DNA of 58,298 bases, from positions 9,182,469 through 9,240,766 of the forward strand of contig NC_068999.1 in assembly GCF_001194135.2 (NCBI RefSeq). The letters run 5' to 3'. A program made the position numbers and the translations under genes. The stretch is from Octopus bimaculoides. Taxonomy: Eukaryota. Below the pieces are notes generated by a model. That model did not search any database, was not told the origin of the DNA, and was given only the letters and a program-made list of their open reading frames with translations. Positions 48,300 through 58,298 of this stretch are shown here, piece by piece. The first letter of the stretch is position 1. Every line of letters begins with the position of its first letter.

Positions 48300-51200
48300 G
48301 GATGTATGTATGTATTCATGTTTGCATATATGTTTGTATGAATGTATATATATATATTTATGTATGCTGGCTTGTATGTCTTTAATATATTCTTAAAATA
48401 TATATATATAAATATACATCTATACACACACATGTATACGTATGTATACATGAATACATACATATACTCGTATATACTTACATACTCATATACATACATG
48501 CATATATATNNNNNNNNNNNNNNNNNNNNNNNNNNNNNNNNNNNNNNNNNNNNNNNNNNNNNNNNNNNNNNNNNNNNNNNNNNNNNNNNNNNNNNNNNNN
48601 NNNNNNNNNNNNNNNNNNNNNNNNNNNNNNNNNNNNNNNNNNNNNNNNNNNNNNNNNNNNNNNNNNNNNNNNNNNNNNNNNNNNNNNNNNNNNNNNNNNN
48701 NNNNNNNNNNNNNNNNNNNNNNNNNNNNNNNNNNNNNNNNNNNNNNNNNNNNNNNNNNNNNNNNNNNNNNNNNNNNNNNNNNNNNNNNNNNNNNNNNNNN
48801 NNNNNNNNNNNNNNNNNNNNNNNNNNNNNNNNNNNNNNNNNNNNNNNNNNNNNNNNNNNNNNNNNNNNNNNNNNNNNNNNNNNNNNNNNNNNNNNNNNNN
48901 NNNNNNNNNNNNNNNNNNNNNNNNNNNNNNNNNNNNNNNNNNNNNNNNNNNNNNNNNNNNNNNNNNNNNNNNNNNNNNNNNNNNNNNNNNNNNNNNNNNN
49001 NNNNNNNNNNNNNNNNNNNNNNNNNNNNNNNNNNNNNNNNNNNNNNNNNNNNNNNNNNNNNNNNNNNNNNNNNNNNNNNNNNNNNNNNNNNNNNNNNNNN
49101 NNNNNNNNNNNNNNNNNNNNNNNNNNNNNNNNNNNNNNNNNNNNNNNNNNNNNNNNNNNNNNNNNNNNNNNNNNNNNNNNNNNNNNNNNNNNNNNNNNNN
49201 NNNNNNNNNNNNNNNNNNNNNNNNNNNNNNNNNNNNNNNNNNNNNNNNTATATATATATATATATGCGCGTGCGCCTCTATGAATGAATGTGTGAGTGTT
49301 TGGGGTTTGCGTCACTACTTGAGAGTGGGTGTCTCTCTGTGTATTTGTTTTGTGTTAGCCTTCAAGGGAAAAGTTCACAGCATCCAGCATCACGCTTGCT
49401 TGTTTTTGTAATCGAAATGTTAAAGTTCGGCACCTCACGCCAATCATCAGAGATTTCATGAGAAACCCCACAAGAGAAAATATAATGTACCCAGATCAAA
49501 CCAGGGAGTGGGGCTTCCCGATCAGCTATTCAATATCTTTTGCTAAGATCGAAGTGATAACTTCAAAGACATTTTTTAATGAGGTTCTTATAGTGCTCTC
49601 CTCGCTTAGACACATAGGTCGCCAATGTGTTCAGAATGGGAAATGTTACCTACACACACACACACACACTCACACGCACATACACACACGCACGCACATG
49701 CACGCAGACACGCACAGACATACACAATGTATATATGCACACACACACACACACACACATATACATATATATNNNNNNNNNNNNNNNNNNNNNNNNNNNN
49801 NNNNNNNNNNNNNNNNNNNNNNNNNNNNNNNNNNNNNNNNNNNNNNNNNNNNNNNNNNNNNNNNNNNNNNNNNNNNNNNNNNNNNNNNNNNNNNNNNNNN
49901 NNNNNNNNNNNNNNNNNNNNNNNNNNNNNNNNNNNNNNNNNNNNNNNNNNNNNNNNNNNNNNNNNNNNNNNNNNNNNNNNNNNNNNNNNNNNNNNNNNNN
50001 NNNNNNNNNNNNNNNNNNNNNNNNNNNNNNNNNNNNNNNNNNNNNNNNNNNNNNNNNNNNNNNNNNNNNNNNNNNNNNNNNNNNNNNNNNNNNNNNNNNN
50101 NNNNNNNNNNNNNNNNNNNNNNNNNNNNNNNNNNNNNNNNNNNNNNNNNNNNNNNNNNNNNNNNNNNNNNNNNNNNNNNNNNNNNNNNNNNNNNNNNNNN
50201 NNNNNNNNNNNNNNNNNNNNNNNNNNNNNNNNNNNNNNNNNNNNNNNNNNNNNNNNNNNNNNNNNNNNNNNNNNNNNNNNNNNNNNNNNNNNNNNNNNNN
50301 NNNNNNNNNNNNNNNNNNNNNNNNNNNNNNNNNNNNNNNNNNNNNNNNNNNNNNNNNNNNNNNNNNNNNNNNNNNNNNNNNNNNNNNNNNNNNNNNNNNN
50401 NNNNNNNNNNNNNNNNNNNNNNNNNNNNNNNNNNNNNNNNNNNNNNNNNNNNNNNNNNNNNNNNNNNNNNNNNNNNNNNNNNNNNNNNNNNNNNNNNNNN
50501 NNNNNNNNNNNNNNNNNNNNNNNNNNNNNNNNNNNNNNNNNNNNNNNNNNNNNNNNNNNNNNNNNNNNNNNNNNNNNNNNNNNNNNNNNNNNNNNNNNNN
50601 NNNNNNNNNNNNNNNNNNNNNNNATATATACTTATATATACGCATAGAAAGACAGAGAGATAGAGAGGGAGGGAGAGAGGTAACGAGAGAGAGAGAGAGA
50701 AATAGATGAAGAGTATTGTTTCCAAAAGAAGGGGATGATAAGGAAATTGCCCGTATGGAATATGAAGAGACACTAATTGCGATGGATATAATTGCACGAT
50801 ATTAATGAAAGAGTGAAGCAGAGGGATTTCCTTCTCCAGATACAACGTTTGTCGCTATGTTACTTTTCTTCTTATAGCCACAGGTCACACATATAGAAGT
50901 AGATTCATGATCACATCCATTGACGTAGTGAACACGGTGTCTTTTCATATTGCTATCGTGCAGAAGATGTTTTATTTGTATTTTAACACATTGGATATGT
51001 TTGACTGTGTACTGTTTTATTTTGTTATCGTATATATCTAAGACATTGGTGTATAATTTAACTCGGATACTTCGAAGGATTCGAGCAACATGGCGCACAC
51101 TCTCGTGTTGCTTCTACAAATTATCTACGGATACCGATTGTGGATAAACTGTAGCTCACACAAATATCATGAACAGTTCGCGAGGTAATAACGGAAAATC

Positions 51201-51535
51201 ATCTTTATTAAAATATTTAATATCTTATCAGGCGGGTTACAAAGTACTAACTCCAGAAATGAAGACGGAATAAAAGCGTTCTAGGGTGGAGATTAATCAT
51301 TCGACTTTAAAAAGTAGGCGTATGAGGTGATATTTAAATATCATTTGATAAATATTTGCTGAGATTCCTGATTGTTATAATCATATATCTTTGGAGCTTG
51401 TCTTATAAATTTATTCGAGTTCACTTATATATCTATCTATGTGCATACATACGCACATATGTGTGTATCTGTGTGTAAATATGCCTGTGTGTATGTGGGT
51501 GGATGGGTATAAATATGTATGTATGCATGTCTTAA

Positions 51536-51743
51536 GGGTTAGTGCGTTGCACTCACGATTGCACGTGGGTTCGATTCCCATTCCGGTTGTTATGCTTTGT
51601 ACTTGAACAAACCACTTCATTTCACGATCGTTTCGACATCTGATATGTGGCAGCCGGTTGCACTTGTACAGGTAATGTCGATCTGATGCAGGGAGTGAGC
51701 TTATGTCTACACAAACATTTGATCACTATTAACAAATCATTTC
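51536..51743 (+). mobile_element. tRNA-headed SINE, family E (single copy here)
   Basis: GGTTAG A-box remnant and B box GGGTTCGATTCCC (51567-51579), followed by a body unlike families A-C. Confidence 0.55.
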
Positions 51744-52161
51744 GTTTTACACTCAGTTTCGTACACATGCTCAGTTTCAGAGACACTTGCAGTACTTATA
51801 TGGTTATATATTAAGTACTTTCTGAGCTATATATCTGACTGATTCCCTATTGACGTATACATGTTTGTGGATATAATTGTACATACACCTCTCTCCCTCT
51901 CACTCAAGCACACACTCGCATATGTATTTTGTATATGTATATCTATCTATGTTTCTATTTATATGTATATATATATATATAAAAGTATACGTAATATATA
52001 TATATGTATATATATAGTATATGTATACGTAGATACATACATATATATATATATATACATATATAGTTATACACACACACGTATATTTGCACATATATGT
52101 ATGTATTTACAAAAACATCAAATTATATTAAATATCACAGTTATCTATCTATCTATCTATC

Positions 52162-52198
<37 letters not shown>

Positions 52199-52211
52199 CC
52201 CTCCCTCTCTT

Positions 52212-52244
<33 letters not shown>

Positions 52245-52782
52245 TCTCATACGTGAATTTCTACACAAAAGTATATATATATATATATNNNNNNNNNNNN
52301 NNNNNNNNNNNNNNNNNNNNNNNNNNNNNNNNNNNNNNNNNNNNNNNNNNNNNNNNNNNNNNNNNNNNNNNNNNNNNNNNNNNNNNNNNNNNNNNNNNNN
52401 NNNNNNNNNNNNNNNNNNNNNNNNNNNNNNNNNNNNNNNNNNNNNNNNNNNNNNNNNNNNNNNNNNNNNNNNNNNNNNNNNNNNNNNNNNNNNNNNNNNN
52501 NNNNNNNNNNNNNNNNNNNNNNNNNNNNNNNNNNNNNNNNNNNNNNNNNNNNNNNNNNNNNNNNNNNNNNNNNNNNNNNNNNNNNNNNNNNNNNNNNNNN
52601 NNNNNNNNNNNNNNNNNNNNNNNNNNNNNNNNNNNNNNNNNNNNNNNNNNNNNNNNNNNNNNNNNNNNNNNNNNNNNNNNNNNNNNNNNNNNNNNNNNNN
52701 NNNNNNNNNNNNNNNNNNNNNNNNNNNNNNNNNNNNNNNNNNNNNNNNNNNNNNNNNNNNNNNNNNNNNNNNNNNNNNNNNN

Positions 52783-52852
<70 letters not shown>

Positions 52853-53361
52853 GTAATATTGCTGTAGCCCCAAGTTCAGGAAGATTGAAAATAAAGTGTG
52901 AGATGATTTGAAAATGAAATTTGATAAATAATGCTGAAATCGAAAATGAAAATTGAATTTTAAAAAAAAATTCATTGAGTTTTTTATTTTCTATGCGTGT
53001 GATTTTGGGTAAGAAAAATACTGCGGGTTCTTTTTTTTTTGTTTGTTTGCTCAGATGAGGAAATTATAGAGTTATGTCTGACGCTGTGAGAAAGTTAAGG
53101 TCAATAAAGTTAAAGCGATATAAAATTAATTGGATATCGATACTGTGGCATTTCTTCATTTCTTCACTTTTTTTTTGTATATAATATTGCTAAAAAATGA
53201 TGGAATAAGTACAAGAATTAAATAAAAATAAGCAATGAGGGTCAAATTCTTTGATTATCAACCATTTAATGCATTGACTCACCTTGGCTGCAGTCCAATG
53301 ATTGAAACGATTAAGGGCTGAAAGATAATATAGTAAGGCAGAAAAGATAGAGGAGGGAATG

Positions 53362-53425
<64 letters not shown>

Positions 53426-54059
53426 TAATAATAATGATATCTGAAGAAGGAATTGTATTCCGAAATATCATCGGACTATGGATAACTAAATTACAACAGG
53501 TATATAGTCCATTTTTTGTATTATAGTGCATTGTTGTACCATTCAAAACTTTTTGTACTTTACAAAGAATACACAATGCTTCAAGCGAACTACAATTCTC
53601 TTCTAGTAATGATAATTTTGTTTTGGTATAAAAGTTGCGCTACAGAACATATTCTATTCAACAACACAGATTTGCTAGTCACTTGTATGACCTTAGCCAG
53701 TTGATCATGTAACTTAGATGATGACGATATGTGCATCTCTGATCACGAGTAGAAGTGGTGGTGGTCGTCGTCGTGGTGGGGCATCATAGCGATATGTTGA
53801 AAGAGATTCTTTGGGGTTTGAATTATTCACTTCTGGAAACATGGAGGTTTCGTTCATCATCCTTACACAAACCCTATTCAAGCATCTTTTGAGCAGGATG
53901 GACTATTCGAACTGAAGAAATTTGTAACTGGGCGTCACCTCCAAGATCATGTGCCGTTTAACTAGATACGAAATCACCGTATCTCTCACTCAACAACAAT
54001 ACTACTAGATGCAAAATTTATTTGGACTCTTAACGCATATGTATATACTCTTATCGTAT

Positions 54060-54134
<75 letters not shown>

Positions 54135-54440
54135 NNNNNNNNNNNNNNNNNNNNNNNNNNNNNNNNNNNNNNNNNNNNNNNNNNNNNNNNNNNNNNNNNN
54201 NNNNNNNNNNNNNNNNNNNNNNNNNNNNNNNNNNNNNNNNNNNNNNNNNNNNNNNNNNNNNNNNNNNNNNNNNNNNNNNNNNNNNNNNNNNNNNNNNNNN
54301 NNNNNNNNNNNNNNNNNNNNNNNNNNNNNNNNNNNNNNNNNNNNNNNNNNNNNNNNNNNNNNNNNNNNNNNNNNNNNNNNNNNNNNNNNNNNNNNNNNNN
54401 NNNNNNNNNNNNNNNNNNNNNNNNNNNNNNNNNNNNNNNN

Positions 54441-54473
<33 letters not shown>

Positions 54474-55182
54474 ATATATGTATACAGCTGTGTGTGTTTG
54501 CGCGCACCCGTGTGTAATTACATGGAATTGGTAAGCATTGTAGCAACATTTCAATAATATTCACAATATTGATGGAAGAATCTGACAAAAAATAAAAAAT
54601 ACTCATTTGCTCATTCGGGGACACTGACTATTCACAGACTCACACATACACTTACAAACACACACACGCATACACTGAAACGGACATACGCAGATACAAA
54701 ACTTATGCAGGCACACGTACACACACACATGTCGGCGTATATACTTGCAGGCACAACACGTATAATATTATATATGTCTAGACACACACGTATATATAAA
54801 TGAAATATATGTATGTATACCACACATGCAATATATACACGTATGCATTTTACATATATATGTACATATATACTATGTATGTACACATATTTTTGTATAT
54901 AAGCTTATATAGTTGTGTTCAATTATACATGCATACACATACGTAACGTCCTAATACCTGCACGCAACAGTCCAGCAACACATAATCGTTGGTGAAATGT
55001 ATGTGTGTATGCGTATATATGTATGTATGTATGTATGTATGCATATATGTATGTATGTATGCCTCTGTACGTGTGCACGTGTGTCTGTGTCTGTGTGTGA
55101 TTATACGCATAATTAAATGTATATCAACAACTGCTCGTGTGTTCTTCCCGGCCTGATAGTTTAATATACGTGCTTAACTCAC

Positions 55183-55267
55183 ATTGTACCGATATGTTCT
55201 AATGATGCCAATGGAAAATATCAAAATCGTGTATAGATAGAATATGAAAATGTCTTGTTTGTTTGTT
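55183..55267 (-). CDS. Candidate exon encoding a hydrophobic helix, TNKQDIFIFYLYTILIFSIGIIRTYRYN
   Basis: Acceptor ttcttctatcatctgcag, donor AAT|gtgagt, 85 nt, one fully open frame (phase 2 to 0). Confidence 0.25.
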
Positions 55268-56302
55268 CTGCAGATGATAGAAGAATATAATTTGCTATTA
55301 TTCAAAGCATGCTTTTCTCTGCGTACAGGAACGAACTGCACCGCTGTGACAATCACATCTATTTATCTACCGTGTCTCTATTTTCTTACACTAGTTGTAA
55401 TTGTATGTTTATATACCAATGTATCGCCAAAGTTAGTACATATGTACACATGTTGGAACACGCATTCAAAATGTACTCGCAGTATTTACGACGCCAGATC
55501 ACTTGATATGATTAAGATCTATTTTATTTAACAAGGCTTTGTTTGGTTATTATATGAAATATAATATTCTTGTCGTTGTTGAAGTCATTGTTTTTGGTGT
55601 TTTTTTTTTGTTTAGCCCCAGGTCAGCCCCGATCAATTAGACTTATGGTCAAAGCATATTCGTTACTGTGACTGTAATGTCTTGTTTTTTTAGGGATAGT
55701 TTACCATGGGTTACATTCTCTGAAATATTCTGCAATTATTGTTCCTGTTATTGTTGTTGTTGTCACAGTTAGTCTTGCGTTTTCGTTCCTCTTATTCTTG
55801 TTCCTGCTGTTATTGCTGTTTTTGTTGTTGTTGTTTCTTCTGCTCTTGTTATCATTCAATGTATGACCATCCTAATTTACTTTTGTGGAACGGTTTATCT
55901 TGGATTATATTATCTAATGTGACCATCGGTACTTATTGTTGCAATTGTTGCTTAACCGCAGGCTACCCGTGGTCCGGTAGGCGTCGGATCAAGACATTTC
56001 AGATAATATCATGTCGTCTTTCGAAGTGTATGCAAAACTACTCCATCATTTCTGACACTTTATTTAGCAGAAAAGGCTATGCTTTTAAGGAGATTTGGCT
56101 CTTATAGCTAGCATGTCCAAGAACCACATAAACACCCTTTCATTGATTTATATTAACTATATTAGTTTTGTCCACAACGGAAATAAATGAACGGGGTCCG
56201 ATAAAGCGTCGAACTAAATACTTCAATATCATTTACTATCACGTCTCAATATTTTGCATCATAAACTTTTTGTCGTTGTTGTTGTCAATGTCTTGCTTCT
56301 AC

Positions 56303-56686
56303 ACTCTTTTGCTTGTTTCAGTCATTTGACAGCGGCCATGCTGGAGCACCGCCTTTAGTCGAGCAAATCGATCCCAGGACTTATTCTTTGTAAGCCTAGT
56401 ACTTATTCCTACGGTTTATTTTGTCTAACCGCTAAGTTACAGGGACATAAACACACCCGCATCGGTTGTCAAGCGATGTTGGGGGGGATAAACACAGACA
56501 CACAAACACATATATATATACATATATACGACGGGCGTCTTTCAGTTTCCGTCTACCGAATCCACTCACAAGGCTTTTGGTCAGCCCGAGGTTATAGTAG
56601 AAGACACTTGCCCAAGCTGCCACGCAGTGGGACTCAATCTGGAACCATGTGGTTAGTAAGCAAGCTACTTACCACACAGCCACTCT
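56303..56686 (-). mobile_element. SINE family C, full length
   Basis: Near-continuous match to 34857-35234. Confidence 0.95.
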
Positions 56687-57120
56687 GGTCATTATTTTCA
56701 ACGATGTCCCAGTGCGTATCAGATTGAGTAAATTTATCTATAAAATAAAATTGTTCTCTCTATCACTATGTTGTCTTAGTTTCCACGGATATCATAATTC
56801 GGAGCATCTTAGACAACATGTTTTTCTGTTTTAGTGTCTCGGTGTGAATTTTGAGGGAGATTTATATGACATTTCTAACACAAATGATCGGGCCTCGGAT
56901 ATTTTTATCCAGAGATCAGAAGACTTAACTGACATTATCCTAGTAATATTTAGACTAAAACAAATTGAAGTAGCGTTTAAAATGCAAGGGAAACAACGTT
57001 GAGTGGCAAATTAATTCTCAATACTTTCAAACAGATTGGAACATGAATGTGCAAATCGCTGTTGTGTTTCGTCACAAGAAAATAACTTCTCTTTTGCGAT
57101 GAATACGTAATTATACATAC

Positions 57121-58082
57121 TCGATTGATTCGTGCAAGTGACCCTGGGACATCTGGGCTTTCGAGATCGCTGTGTCTCGCCATCAATGACTCTCCGGATG
57201 AATGAATCAGAGAAAGGTTCGAAGCTCCTGGTTATGACTACCGAGAATACAACATGGAAATGTTGGTATAATGGAGACACTACTGTTTGATGAGAATCGT
57301 CGACCGATTGCGTGGAAGATCTGTGATAGAAGAATTAATTGGATTGGATAGAAGATTTGGGGACGAACTTTGGTAGGTTTCATTTTGCCTCAAGCATTGT
57401 AAGCTTGTATTCGTAATCCCCTAAAGACCTACTTTATCTACATGCAAACAGCGACAGCAGATAAAGGAACATGCGTCGCTTGAAGAAGCAATTGAAGTGA
57501 CGAGAGGGAAAAATATATAAAAAATATCTTATATTTCTAGCACTGAAATTTAAATTTTCGAAGGTTGAATGCAAGTGAAAAACAGGATGTAAAATATACC
57601 AATTCAGTTCCGTTGCAGATCTGCACAATTTCGAACATAGCTGATAGACGCAAGTTGTAACTTACAATGAGGCTCCAGCTGGTTAGATCTGCATACATCA
57701 CTACACTTTCCCTGCCGTTGGGCTTCCAGTAGGCTGAATCAGGAATAAACACCCCTTATAAAGACATCTGAACATAATTCGACAATAGTGATAAACGCTG
57801 GCATAACACAAGTACAAGACGCCGAATCTCCGTGATTAATACCTAGTGAAAAACCGAAGGATGATGGCTAGTAATCATGAGACCCTGCAGGTTTTGTAGC
57901 AGTGTCCTTCTTCTAGAAGGATACTGAAACAACAGGTAGGGGTCCAGCACTCACTGTCGTTTTACTGTGCATCCTGGCACAAAGTACGGGCATTTCTGCG
58001 TCGTCGGACTCAGATGGTTTGTCATCACATGTTTGTCATCATATGTGATGGGTTTTCATCACATATGCTGGTTACTCTATAA
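57121..58082 (-). other. Candidate spliced transcript: three exons 57955-58082, 57666-57733, 57121-57320; coding status unknown
   Basis: Acceptor/donor pairs catgttttcag/gtgagt, tttattcctgattcag/gtaagt and ttcttctatcacag/gtatgt in a repeat-free, higher-complexity block. No continuous recognisable ORF. Confidence 0.35.
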
Positions 58083-58258
58083 CTGAAAACATGGTAACAG
58101 ACAGAGTAGAAATCGGAACAAAAATACATGAGGGGTTCTTCCATATTCCGCAAAAACCTGGGTCCTAAACTAGGACCCTTATACTGGATGCAGTTTCAAG
58201 ACGTACCAAGGAAAATGCATATAAATATATATACATATACATACAGATATACACATAG

Positions 58259-58298
<40 letters not shown>

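Noticed and set aside
53700-53965. Possible unclassified interspersed repeats (also ~70-175 and ~55612-55700)
   Set aside because: They look familiar as octopus repeats, but each is single-copy here without TIR, TSD or promoter boxes, so the sequence alone does not support a call.
3182-54624. Long ORFs containing runs of X
   Set aside because: They are open only because N gaps contain no stop codons; the flanks are (TA)n or (CA)n.

Overview
Eukaryotic, AT-rich, very repeat-dense genomic DNA from a gapped short-read assembly. About 8.7 kb is N by my count, and most large gaps abut (TA)n or other microsatellites. The SINE repertoire and microsatellite load look like octopus (coleoid cephalopod); that assignment is recognition and inference, not a database result. 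I found no confident protein-coding gene, rRNA, tRNA gene or CRISPR array. Almost all long ORFs in the track are microsatellite or N artefacts. Supportable content: (1) at least four tRNA-derived SINE families (my labels A, B, C, E), about 25 copies or fragments, some with target-site duplications; (2) a decayed, internally deleted mariner transposase copy; (3) three MITEs (mariner-type, hAT-type, and a 754-bp element with 39/40-identical terminal inverted repeats); (4) a CR1/jockey-group LINE 3' remnant whose tail resembles the family-C SINE tail; (5) a probable RTE LINE 5' UTR fragment; (6) four Penelope-like terminal fragments carrying a degenerate minimal hammerhead-ribozyme motif, one preceded by a perfect 38-bp palindrome. 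Several short segments have good splice signals on both strands (best: a minus-strand trio at 57.1-58.1 kb and a plus-strand phase-1 chain at 7.8, 18.0 and 20.0 kb). None can be assigned to a known protein from sequence alone, so they are low-confidence candidates.
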